A stretch of 55,173 nt of DNA, from IMG/VR virus record IMGVR_UViG_3300048837_000354, positions 1 through 55,173 of that record; one strand, 5' to 3'. The number at the start of each line of letters is the position of its first letter. Within the stretch, counting starts at the first letter, position 1. Below, in pieces: positions 37,152 to 45,544 of the stretch. Made by a program: the position numbers and the translations under genes. Source of the DNA: a virus (lineage: Duplodnaviria > Caudoviricetes). The notes under the pieces were generated by a model. It was given only the letters and a program-made list of their open reading frames with translations, was not told the DNA's origin and did not search any database.

Positions 37152-37181
37152 AGATTACGACGGCTCCGCAACCCGTGTCAA
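37152..37181 (-). promoter_or_regulatory. Sigma70-like promoter for the RNA cluster
   Basis: TTGACA-N18-TAATCT. Confidence 0.6.
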
Positions 37182-37801
37182 CTCCACTCGCTTTCCGGGT
37201 CTACGGCCTTGTTCAACGCGTCGATCACCGCCTTCGGCCTGGTAGGCGAGAAGGAGAAGCCGTCGGGCATCGGCCATGCTTCGCTCTCAGGGCGCGGTGG
37301 TTCCTTCGGCTTGTTCTTGCTGCCAGCCGGGCGACCGGGGCCACGCTTCACGCCTGCCTCGAAAGCCGCACGCTTGCGATCCGGAGAGCGGTGCGAACAG
37401 TAAACCGCTTCGGGTTCATCGTTGAACATCTGGCGGATCAACGCCTCGACGCGTTTGTCGTTGAGGTCCCGCACGAGTTCGGCCTCGACCTGGTCGATGA
37501 CCGCGCCGTACTTGGCGAAGTTCTCGCGGATGATCTGGACCGGGAGTAGCGCAGCGTCGAGCGCGTATTCCGCGTAGAGGTCCTGCACCTTCTGAGATCG
37601 CTGGTAGACCATGCCCCGCGCGCGATTGGAAAGGCCGTAGACCGCTGACCCCGCCCGGCCCCACTTGAAGGCGAGGAACGACGTGCGGACGCCGTTGAGG
37701 ACTTGCTTGAGCGTCAGCAAGCCCAGGAGCCGGTCGGCGGCCTGCTGTTGGCGCTGCGTGCCTAGAAGCTGGTTTGCGTAGTACAGACGGGGCTTGGTCA
37801 C
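37178..37801 (-). CDS. Hypothetical protein with AT-hook-like motif
   Basis: RBS GGAGG before GTG; KRGPGRPAGSKNKPK. Confidence 0.75.
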   Translation of the reverse strand: MTKPRLYYANQLLGTQRQQQAADRLLGLLTLKQVLNGVRTSFLAFKWGRAGSAVYGLSNRARGMVYQRSQKVQDLYAEYALDAALLPVQIIRENFAKYGAVIDQVEAELVRDLNDKRVEALIRQMFNDEPEAVYCSHRSPDRKRAAFEAGVKRGPGRPAGSKNKPKEPPRPESEAWPMPDGFSFSPTRPKAVIDALNKAVDPESEWS

Positions 37802-37852
37802 GGGGTGTTCCTCCAAAAAGTCGTCAGCGAGAAAAGCGCTCGGCGGAGCCAG

Positions 37853-37880
37853 AATATAGGGGGTCGAGGCAAATTGTCAA
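37853..37880 (-). promoter_or_regulatory. Sigma70-like promoter
   Basis: TTGACA-N16-TATATT. Confidence 0.6.
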
Positions 37881-38248
37881 ATCTAGTTTGCCTCGATGTT
37901 GCCTAAGCCTTGCCTTGACTGTTGCCTTGACTCTCTAAGTGTTTGATTTATATGTGTAAATTATAACTAATATATCTAGAACAACGAAACATTACTTGAT
38001 ACGCACATACGGGAGGAAGGTATATAACCTATCTGCATGACTTTATGTATATGTATTCACTTTCGGAACATAAGATCGCACGGGCATATTCTTCCAGAGC
38101 CGCCGCCAGGATATTGCCATTTGCTTTGACTGAATTATTATTTTGAAAATTCTTCAACCCGCTCAGTGGGTTGGCGACTCAATGCAAGAGTCGAGGCAAT
38201 GCTTAGGCAATAGTGAGGCAACAATATTTTTCAAACTTGCCTTGAGTC
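37864..38248. repeat. AT-rich core flanked by TTGCCT/AGGCAA repeats, with an IHF consensus (origin or cosB-like)
   Basis: Four TTGCCT copies at 37888-37931, three AGGCAA copies at 38191-38221; AATCAAACACTTA (minus, 37936-37948) fits WATCAANNNNTTR. Confidence 0.7.
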
Positions 38249-38316
38249 GGTATTTCTGCCCCCCGCTGCAGGAGGGCCCGTCGACCTCGCGCGGCCGGAG
38301 AGCCTTTGCCGGCGCG

Positions 38317-38328
38317 GCTCTGAGCCTA
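38317..38328 (-). other. Candidate cos (cohesive end) site
   Basis: TAGGCTCAGAGC matches 8/12 of the Chi overhang as recalled (GGTGCGCAGAGC); lambda-type terminase; compositional boundary here. Confidence 0.4.
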
Positions 38329-38825
38329 GGTCGGATTATCCGGGGATCGGGGTGGGTCAGGTGTAGATACGCGGGCATACGAGCTAGGGGCGGCCCAGAA
38401 GCCAGGAAAATTGCGGGAAACCGGGCTCAGCGCCACCCCCGGACACCACCCCCCAGGCCAGAGGGACCCATTCTCACTCACGCATGACACAAAGACAGGC
38501 ACCCCGCGCACCCCTTCCCCGCTCACCAGGTGACCGCATGACATAGGCACAGGCACACGCATGCACGCCCATGCACGCCCACGCATAGGGGCAGGCAAGG
38601 CACACGGGCACACGCTAGGGCAGGCACACAGGCACACGCAGCCAACCCGCCATACAGGCAGGAAGGGGCGCGGGCTGGGGTAGGGGAGGCTTACGGATTC
38701 AAGGCCAATGCGCGCACGCAATGCGCACGCGTAACGCGCCCGCGCGTATCACAGGACGTTGCCCCCATTCAAGGGCCTAGGCATAGCCACTAGGCGGCCC
38801 ACGTAGGGCAGGGGAGCGGACAAAC

Positions 38826-38851
38826 AAAAACCCCGCCACGTGGGCGGGGTT
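38826..38851 (-). terminator. Terminator of the leftward early operon
   Basis: AACCCCGCC-CACGT-GGCGGGGTT followed by TTTGTTT. Confidence 0.8.
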
Positions 38852-38898
38852 GAAGGGTAGCGCATGGCCTAGGCGTCTAGGCGGGCTCGATCCACGGG

Positions 38899-39060
38899 CT
38901 AGGCCGTCTCGCTTGAGCCTGCCGCCACGATCACCACAAGTAGGAAGATCACCAGCAAGGCCGCGCCCGGCATGTCCCCCTTGGACAAGGTCACCACGAT
39001 AGGCGGGCCTAGCAGGATCACGGCAGACACACGGAACAGGAAGACCATAAAGGCGTTCAT
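38899..39060 (-). CDS. Small membrane protein
   Basis: 53 aa, two hydrophobic segments, RBS GGAGG, ATGA overlap. Confidence 0.65.
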   Translation of the reverse strand: MNAFMVFLFRVSAVILLGPPIVVTLSKGDMPGAALLVIFLLVVIVAAGSSETA

Positions 39061-39278
39061 CGCTTGGCCTCCAAGCGGCTCAGTATCCAATTCTTCATCG
39101 CGCGTTGTGTGTTGAAGTCGCCCCCATCCACGAGGCCAGACCACTGCATGCGTTGGATGTAGTTATTGAACGCCTTGATCCCGATAGGGCCAACGCCTTC
39201 AACGTCAAAGGTGCCGTTAAGCCATGTGCCGCGCGATTGCTTGACTACGTGGGTAGCGAATTCGTCGGGAGTCATCAC
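39057..39278 (-). CDS. Hypothetical early protein
   Basis: Tightly packed ORF in operon. Confidence 0.7.
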   Translation of the reverse strand: MMTPDEFATHVVKQSRGTWLNGTFDVEGVGPIGIKAFNNYIQRMQWSGLVDGGDFNTQRAMKNWILSRLEAKR

Positions 39279-39505
39279 TTACCCCCGACCAGGGCCGCGC
39301 GCACACCGTTGACCACGTTTTGCGCGGCCCTGAACTTGTCAAAGGTCAGGTCTGACAGCGGCCAATAATCGGCAAGGGCCGCGCACGGCAGAAAAACGAT
39401 TCGGTAATTCTGCCCCATGACGCCGCGATTGCAGGCGACATAGACAACGCGCGCGGCTTCGCGCTTGCCGATTTTCTTAGGTGTCTTCTTAGTGGCCATG
39501 TTCAC
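39275..39505 (-). CDS. Hypothetical early protein
   Basis: RBS CCCTGACCGGAGG; overlapping start/stop. Confidence 0.7.
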   Translation of the reverse strand: MNMATKKTPKKIGKREAARVVYVACNRGVMGQNYRIVFLPCAALADYWPLSDLTFDKFRAAQNVVNGVRAALVGGK

Positions 39506-39711
39506 TTGCCTCCGGTCAGGGGGATAGTCGTGATAGGGACGTTCGATTGCGCGAACTTCTCACGCTCGATTGAACGCGCGCCTGCATGCAGTGCGCGTGC
39601 CAGGCTGCGCGCTTCCTTGGCGGTCAGGTATTGCGTATCACCATCGCAGCCAAGGAAAGCAACGGCCACTGAGTCACAGAAACGGTAGGTGTAAACGCTT
39701 GTGGCTTTCAT
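39502..39711 (-). CDS. Hypothetical early protein
   Basis: RBS GGAG; overlapping start/stop. Confidence 0.7.
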   Translation of the reverse strand: MKATSVYTYRFCDSVAVAFLGCDGDTQYLTAKEARSLARALHAGARSIEREKFAQSNVPITTIPLTGGK

Positions 39712-40097
39712 GCTTCATTCTCCAGGTTAACGAACATCACCACGCAATCACCACGCGGCCGGAATTCCAACGCGTCCCCGAAGTCATCCGAGCGACCCTT
39801 GACTCCGGTATAGCCTGCCAACGCTTTCGCGCGGCGCATGATTTCCCGATCACTGGCCTTCTTAGGCGCGCGGAACGCGTAACGCCTCACCCACGCGTAG
39901 TTAGCCTCCCCGCCGTAGGTGTCGGTAACTTCAACCCGCCAGAGGAAAGAATCCTCCAGGGCGCGTTGCATGCGTGCGGCCATCCGCTGCGCGTTGGTAC
40001 GCGTGGAACAGGTCGCGACACGCTCCTTTATGTCTCCCGTGTGAATCGAGCGAGTGACAACGTCGGGACCAAAAGCGGAATAACGATAATCAGCCAT
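39708..40097 (-). CDS. Hypothetical early protein
   Basis: RBS GAGGA; VEVTDTYGGEANYAWVRR. Confidence 0.75.
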   Translation of the reverse strand: MADYRYSAFGPDVVTRSIHTGDIKERVATCSTRTNAQRMAARMQRALEDSFLWRVEVTDTYGGEANYAWVRRYAFRAPKKASDREIMRRAKALAGYTGVKGRSDDFGDALEFRPRGDCVVMFVNLENEA

Positions 40098-40111
40098 TGC
40101 TTGATCCTCGA

Positions 40112-40846
40112 TTAGTCGCGGACGCGGATGCGGGCCGCGCCTTGCGTGATGAACTTTCGATTGTTGGCGCGCGAAGGCTTGCCATTGCGCCATGCCGTGA
40201 CCAGGCCGAAGCGTGAGGCAAGTTCGTGTGCCATGTCTTCGCCATATTCGGCCGCGATGCTTTCGGGCGTGTCGTTATCCGAGTAGCAAACCCCGCCAAG
40301 GTATTCCGCTTCCCCGTCTACCGTCTCCCCGTCCACGTCGCACAATTCAACCTTGAGGCAGTGATAGGCCCATTCATCGCGAACCCAGCCGCGCACGTGC
40401 TCGAAGTCCAGGCGGGCCGCTTCGGCCGCAATCTCGCCTTTCGTGGGCTCCCGCATGAATTCGGAAACCGGGCGCGGAATGAACTTGCCTCCGGCATTGT
40501 TGCGCGTGCGCGCGTCCAAGAACATCGCCTTTTCTGCGATACGCTCCCGCAGTGCGGCTAGTTTGTCATCCGACAAACCCCATTCCGCGCGCGCGGTCTT
40601 CGTCGCGGCCTGAACGTCATACGCGTAGATCGTCGCGTAGCGTTCACCGCTTGAAAAGGCAATCTCCCCCGGACCTTTGCCCATGTTGCGATAGTGCCCG
40701 TTGCTTGAGTAGCCCGCGCGGCAAAGTTCACGAACGGGCCCGTGCCCGTCTTCCTCTTCCCAGGGTGCCCCGTGGTCCGTGTCCTGTTCCGAAGTCAGGA
40801 GGAAGGTCAAGCCAAGATAGGTAAACGTATGGTCTTGCATGGTCAT
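40112..40846 (-). CDS. Hypothetical early protein
   Basis: 244 aa from MTMQDH, RBS GGAG. Confidence 0.75.
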   Translation of the reverse strand: MTMQDHTFTYLGLTFLLTSEQDTDHGAPWEEEDGHGPVRELCRAGYSSNGHYRNMGKGPGEIAFSSGERYATIYAYDVQAATKTARAEWGLSDDKLAALRERIAEKAMFLDARTRNNAGGKFIPRPVSEFMREPTKGEIAAEAARLDFEHVRGWVRDEWAYHCLKVELCDVDGETVDGEAEYLGGVCYSDNDTPESIAAEYGEDMAHELASRFGLVTAWRNGKPSRANNRKFITQGAARIRVRD

Positions 40847-41004
40847 TCTCCGTCTTCGTCTTTGCACGCGTCGCACGCGTTGCAGGACCAGCAATACCGA
40901 CATCCACAATCGTGGCCTCCACAATCGCAGCAGTTAAACATCCGCTCACACGTATGGGCGTTGTGTTCGATTTCCAGGCGTTCGCATTTTTCGTTAGCAG
41001 CCAT
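40843..41004 (-). CDS. Cys-rich small protein (not in the ORF track)
   Basis: 53 aa with 11 Cys, RBS AAGGAGG, fills the operon gap exactly. Confidence 0.7.
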   Translation of the reverse strand: MAANEKCERLEIEHNAHTCERMFNCCDCGGHDCGCRYCWSCNACDACKDEDGE

Positions 41005-41006
41005 GA

Positions 41007-41969
41007 TCACGCCTCCTTGTATTCAGGCAGGCCGAACGTGGGCGCGATGCGCGCAAGCTCGGAGAATTCCAGCACGTGACAGCCCACGACCAAACCGCCG
41101 TCCGCGCGAATCTCCCGCAAGGTGAAGTCACCCACGGAAGCGAAGCCGGAGCCGCGTTCCGTGCTCACGGACTGCAACGCTTCACCCTTGCGCCTGCAAT
41201 TGCACGCGGCCTGCCACAAACCAGGCGCAACGGAAACAGGCACGGACGCGCCGCGCGATGTCTCGATCATGCCGCCTTTCACGCGTAGCAGCGTGACCGC
41301 GCCCGCGCGATACGGAAGCGTAACGGCCGCGCCACTGAGCCATGCGGCCTCCTTGGCGGCATAGTCCAAGGATTCCAGGCGCGTACGTTCCGCGCGTTCG
41401 GCCTTGCGCGCGGCCGATTCTTTCGCTCGCTCCTTGCTTGCCTTGTCGGCCTTGGCTTTCGCTTCGGCGAGTAGCGCGGGGGTTACCGGCTCGATCACGG
41501 GCGCGGGAAGATTGAAAGTCTGCGCGTAAACGCGCGCACCGTGGGCGAGTGTTTCCGCTACATCCAGCAGCCACGCGGCATTACTGCGCGCGCGGGAGGC
41601 TTTCACGATTGCAGCATCGCGACGCGTGAGCATGTCGGCGACGTTGCGCGCGTGGGCGTCCGCCTCCTCCGCCAGCACGTCGGGCACGTTGAAAATGTAA
41701 ACGTTGTCCGGAATGGCATGCCTTGCGTAGTTCAAATGTTTGGCGGTCGCGTTGGAATAGGTGTCCGTAGTGAACAGGCACACATGCATGGTCCGGAACG
41801 GGCCGGGAGCGGCTCCCACGTTGGCATAAACGCCTTCCGGCATCATGTGTGCGATTGGGAAATGCGGCCCGTAGGAATAGATTACAGGGCCTTCAAAGTA
41901 GAAGTTAGAACCGCGTGCCGCGTTGCGGGATTGTGCGGCCCAAAGGTGGGCGACGTTGGTATTGTTCAT
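41007..41969 (-). CDS. Hypothetical early protein
   Basis: 320 aa, RBS CCTGACCGGAG. Confidence 0.85.
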   Translation of the reverse strand: MNNTNVAHLWAAQSRNAARGSNFYFEGPVIYSYGPHFPIAHMMPEGVYANVGAAPGPFRTMHVCLFTTDTYSNATAKHLNYARHAIPDNVYIFNVPDVLAEEADAHARNVADMLTRRDAAIVKASRARSNAAWLLDVAETLAHGARVYAQTFNLPAPVIEPVTPALLAEAKAKADKASKERAKESAARKAERAERTRLESLDYAAKEAAWLSGAAVTLPYRAGAVTLLRVKGGMIETSRGASVPVSVAPGLWQAACNCRRKGEALQSVSTERGSGFASVGDFTLREIRADGGLVVGCHVLEFSELARIAPTFGLPEYKEA

Positions 41970-41993
41970 TTGTTATTCTCCGGTCAGGAAGGG

Positions 41994-42164
41994 TTAGCGA
42001 TGACGGAAATAGAAAGCGGACAGCGTAGCGACCGCGTAGAAAACGCCAGCCGCAATCAAACCGGCCGGGCCTATGAACTTGTAAATGCCGCTCACTGCCG
42101 CGACCGCCACAAGAAACGCGGCACCAGTGAGGATGAAACAGGCGTCAAGGTCTCGCTGGGTCAC
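41994..42164 (-). CDS. Small two-TM membrane protein (not in the ORF track)
   Basis: MTQRDLDACFILTGAAFLVAV...FYFRHR; GTGA overlap. Confidence 0.6.
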   Translation of the reverse strand: MTQRDLDACFILTGAAFLVAVAAVSGIYKFIGPAGLIAAGVFYAVATLSAFYFRHR

Positions 42165-42481
42165 TTCACGGTCTCCAATTGCCGAGCGGAAAAGAAAGCG
42201 GACGCGCTAGCCTCTTCGGCGACCGCGATAGCTGAAATGTAGCGCGCGGCAGGCGGCAGGCCGTCGGCCGCAATCATCGCGCGTTCGCAAATTTCCGCGT
42301 CGCGGATGATCAACGCGCGCAGATGTTCGCGCTTCGCTTCTTGCTGCGCGTTGAAGTCTGCCAACGCTTCACGGGCCGCGATGATAGACACGGCACGAAC
42401 ACTGCGAATTGTGCCGCCCGGCTTGTCTACGTCGCCGACAATGGCGCGCAACGCGTTTGCGAGCTTGGTTTCAGTATTCAC
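42161..42481 (-). CDS. Hypothetical early protein
   Basis: GTGA overlap, RBS GGGAG. Confidence 0.7.
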   Translation of the reverse strand: MNTETKLANALRAIVGDVDKPGGTIRSVRAVSIIAAREALADFNAQQEAKREHLRALIIRDAEICERAMIAADGLPPAARYISAIAVAEEASASAFFSARQLETVK

Positions 42482-43221
42482 GCCGTACGCTCCCGCATCG
42501 CGTCCCAACGCGTGATGAACTCGCCGAGCCATACACCGTGTACGGCCCGCTGTTCGCCCGTGAGGATCACAGACAATTCATCTGCGGACATGGCCGGCAG
42601 TCCGTGCCCGTCACAATAGGCGACGTATTCCGCGACAAGGTCCGGCTCCGATTCTGCGACCGGGCCGCCAAGGAGCGGGTTAGCCATGTCCCACGCCTTA
42701 TTCCAAAGTTCCACGGCCGCATCCGTCATGCCGGCTTCAAGGTCGGGCAACGCCTCCTTGCCTTCATGCTTAAACGCGGCGGCCATCGCCATGTTCGCGT
42801 CGCAGTACTCGTGTTCCGCATTGCGGCCCGGTTCGGCCGCGTTCAATGCGCGCATTTCCTGCCATTCGGAAGGCGTGAGCCATTCTTGCAGCACGCGCGC
42901 GAACGTGACCGCGATTTGTGCCGCGTCCGCGTCTTCCGGCTTGGCATCGTGGTAGAACTCGCACGACGCCCATGCGTACAGGTGGAGTTCCAATTCTGCA
43001 AGGCGGGCGCGCGGCATGATCCAATCTTCACGGCCCAGCAGCAGATAAACCGTCTCGCCGTTGTCTTCAATGTAGAGACTCCCGTCATCGTACACAAAAC
43101 CGGCTTGTGGCTCCGTGCGGTCTTCAAGGCCCGCGCAGTAATCGAAGCCCGACACCTTGGAGAATTCCAGCAGGTCGGGAACGTGGCGACGCGTGGCTTG
43201 GAAAGCGGCAAAGTTTTTCAT
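42478..43221 (-). CDS. Hypothetical acidic early protein
   Basis: 247 aa, RBS GGAG. Confidence 0.8.
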   Translation of the reverse strand: MKNFAAFQATRRHVPDLLEFSKVSGFDYCAGLEDRTEPQAGFVYDDGSLYIEDNGETVYLLLGREDWIMPRARLAELELHLYAWASCEFYHDAKPEDADAAQIAVTFARVLQEWLTPSEWQEMRALNAAEPGRNAEHEYCDANMAMAAAFKHEGKEALPDLEAGMTDAAVELWNKAWDMANPLLGGPVAESEPDLVAEYVAYCDGHGLPAMSADELSVILTGEQRAVHGVWLGEFITRWDAMRERTA

Positions 43222-43222
43222 G

Positions 43223-43309
43223 TCAAAACGCTCCATTGGTGAGATACAGGAAGGCGACCGCGACGAACGCGATAAGAATTTCGATTAGATCAAACCGGAT
43301 GCGGCGCAT
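43223..43309 (-). CDS. 28-aa membrane peptide
   Basis: MRRIRFDLIEILIAFVAVAFLYLTNGAF; TAATG overlap with the upstream gene. Confidence 0.5.
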   Translation of the reverse strand: MRRIRFDLIEILIAFVAVAFLYLTNGAF

Positions 43310-43566
43310 TAGAAAATCGCCTTACCCGTGATGCCGCTATTGTCGGCGAAGACTTCGCAACGGATGCGACGCGCGGACAATTCACGCTTGGCCGCAATCG
43401 CGGGCGATTCAAACGTGACGCGGGACGGGGAAGCGAAGACCGCGCGGTTAAGACGCTCGCGCCACGTGCCGCCCTTGGCACGCGTGCCAACGTCGCAACG
43501 CGCCACAACGAGCGCGGCTTGCTGCGGGAAGTGTTCGGCGAGAAAAGCGGCGATGAAGTGAAACAT
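43309..43566 (-). CDS. Hypothetical protein, first gene of the leftward early operon
   Basis: RBS AAGGAG. Confidence 0.75.
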   Translation of the reverse strand: MFHFIAAFLAEHFPQQAALVVARCDVGTRAKGGTWRERLNRAVFASPSRVTFESPAIAAKRELSARRIRCEVFADNSGITGKAIF

Positions 43567-43627
43567 GGCGCGGTCTCCTTGAGTGATTGGGGCCGCCGTG
43601 CTGGCCGGTCCCCTTTGGTGGGGAAAC

Positions 43628-43655
43628 ATTCTCACGGCAGGCCCTAGGGTGTCAA
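43628..43655 (-). promoter_or_regulatory. Leftward early promoter
   Basis: TTGACA-N16-GAGAAT. Confidence 0.6.
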
Positions 43656-43719
43656 GCATTGCGTTAGGCGCTATTTAACCCCCGTTTAGGAAGACCGGAA
43701 ACCCCTTGTTTTCTAGTGC

Positions 43720-44340
43720 CTAGCGATAGGTCAGGCAGGCCCGCCCAGGCGGCACACCCCTAGCCCGACACCCCGCCACGGGCAAACCGCGCAAGGCGGG
43801 ATTGCCTGCCAATAGGTCAGGCACACGATTACCAGGAGCGAAGGAAGGCACCCCGCGCGGCCCACGGCAGGCCGATAGCCCGACACGCGCGGACGCCCAC
43901 GGGCAACGCTTGGCCGCGACCACGGGCCGCGCCTTGAGCCTAGACGGGCACACCCCGGACGGCAGGCGCGCGCGCGTTGCGACGTGGCCGGAAACCGGAC
44001 ACATATAGGCGTGTCGCGGTGATCGTGAAACATTCACCTGTGGAACCGTGGAACAACTACAGGTGTAGTTCGTGAAACATCCCGGTTTCGGTTGCGCCCT
44101 GGATGCAACCCCGCCTGGCCTGGGGCCTCAGTAGCCCGCGCCCTGGCGCTCAGTAGGCGGGACTTCGGGGACTTCGCAAGACCCCCAAGACCCCTGGCAC
44201 CGGGCGGACTTCGGCGACCTCGCGAGACCCCTCCCTGGGGGCTTGCGACGCGGACGCAAAACGTCGCTCGCCCTGGGCGCACGGGACTTCGGGGGTGCCG
44301 CGAGACCTCTGGACTTCGGGACCCTGGCGAGACCCCGCCT
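43720..44340. repeat. Non-coding repeat-rich segment between the divergent early operons
   Basis: ATAGGTCAGGCA x2, TAGCCCGACAC x2, CCACGGGCAA x2, CGTGAAACAT x2, GGACTTCG x5, nested inverted repeats. Confidence 0.8.
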
Positions 44341-44360
44341 GGCGCGAGCGAAGAAAGTTG

Positions 44361-44388
44361 TTGACAACGTCGCAAACTGGCGTACATT
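44361..44388 (+). promoter_or_regulatory. Rightward early promoter
   Basis: TTGACA-N16-TACATT. Confidence 0.65.
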
Positions 44389-44430
44389 ACGTCAGGCACA
44401 ACCTCTCAACCCACACACCAAGGACTTCGG

Positions 44431-44769
44431 ATGCACAGCAAGACCCCCGGCAAGAAGACGGTCAAGACCGCAAACCAGCCCCGCCGAGGCCGCGTCACCG
44501 GCTCGACCACGGAACAGATCGACCGGCTGCAGCCCGGCGAGTCGATCAGCGTCACGCAACGGTTCGAGGTCGGCAACCCCGCCCACGGTGGCGACGACAT
44601 CAAGGCCGCCGCCGTCACGATGCGCTCGACGCTGGGCTCCTACGTCCAGCGGGTGATGGCCGACGGCGACGGCCTGGACATGCGTGAGTACCGCACCGAG
44701 AGCGGGACGTTCGTGACCGACGACAAGACCGGCATCATGTTGGTCGTGGTGCTCACCCGGATTTCGTAA
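44431..44769 (+). CDS. Hypothetical protein
   Basis: 112 aa, RBS AAGGA. Confidence 0.75.
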   Translation: MHSKTPGKKTVKTANQPRRGRVTGSTTEQIDRLQPGESISVTQRFEVGNPAHGGDDIKAAAVTMRSTLGSYVQRVMADGDGLDMREYRTESGTFVTDDKTGIMLVVVLTRIS

Positions 44770-44869
44770 GGCACTTGCGCTCAGGCCGCAAACGTGAAAA
44801 TGTTTGACCCTGACGTTTAGGCGATTTTGAAAAGGCCGTACCACCCTAATTCCCTGACCGGAGATTTCC

Positions 44870-45106
44870 ATGTTCGAGCCCGTACGCCGCCCGATCTACC
44901 AGGCGATCACCAGTTTTGAAGAACTGCGCGCTGCGCGAGACGCCCACAAGGCCATCGAGTGTCGGTTGCGCACACCGCTGATGGGTGCATCCGGAGACTG
45001 GAACCGGAGCGGGCACTCCGGAGACCGCTTGTCGCGAATCCCCGTGTGCGACGAACTTCTGCGTTCGGACTTCCGGGCGTTGGAGTACCGCGTGGTGGTT
45101 GAGTGA
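44870..45106 (+). CDS. Hypothetical protein
   Basis: RBS TCCCTGACCGGAG. Confidence 0.7.
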   Translation: MFEPVRRPIYQAITSFEELRAARDAHKAIECRLRTPLMGASGDWNRSGHSGDRLSRIPVCDELLRSDFRALEYRVVVE

Positions 45107-45151
45107 TGGCGAAGCACCGCGACCAGAAGAGCCCGTTCCCCCCGCCGCACG

Positions 45152-45520
45152 TTGCCGGTGCAATACGGTGACGACCTGCAGCCGACGATGCCAGCGGAAG
45201 TGGAGCGGATTCTCAGCAGCAAGTACGAGCCGGACCTGCCTGTCGTGTCCACCTGGGAAGATCGAGCGGGTAGGAAGGTAGACGTTGGAGTGCTCGACTG
45301 GATCAGGGAGGAACTGCTGCAGTTCAAGGCCCCGCCGAGCAAAGGATTGCGGATCGTCTACGGCCCTTCGTTTGTGTACGGGGTAGCGCGCGTCCTCAAG
45401 ATCGAACCGCAGGAAGCGTTCGACCTGTTGCAGATCGTGTACCCGAAAGGCGAATACCTCGGACCCGTTCGCTACGTCGATGCGATTCCGTTTGACCCAA
45501 CCGTTTCGCCCACTGTGTAA
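45152..45520 (+). CDS. Hypothetical protein (true start possibly 45106, frameshift at a C6 run)
   Basis: Open frame without an obvious RBS. Confidence 0.55.
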   Translation: MPVQYGDDLQPTMPAEVERILSSKYEPDLPVVSTWEDRAGRKVDVGVLDWIREELLQFKAPPSKGLRIVYGPSFVYGVARVLKIEPQEAFDLLQIVYPKGEYLGPVRYVDAIPFDPTVSPTV

Positions 45521-45544
45521 GCGCGTACCACCCTGGAGCGCACC

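Noticed and set aside
44160-44340. CRISPR or mini-array
   Set aside because: Repeats are only 8 nt with irregular spacing. The Cas4-like gene is a normal replication-module nuclease.
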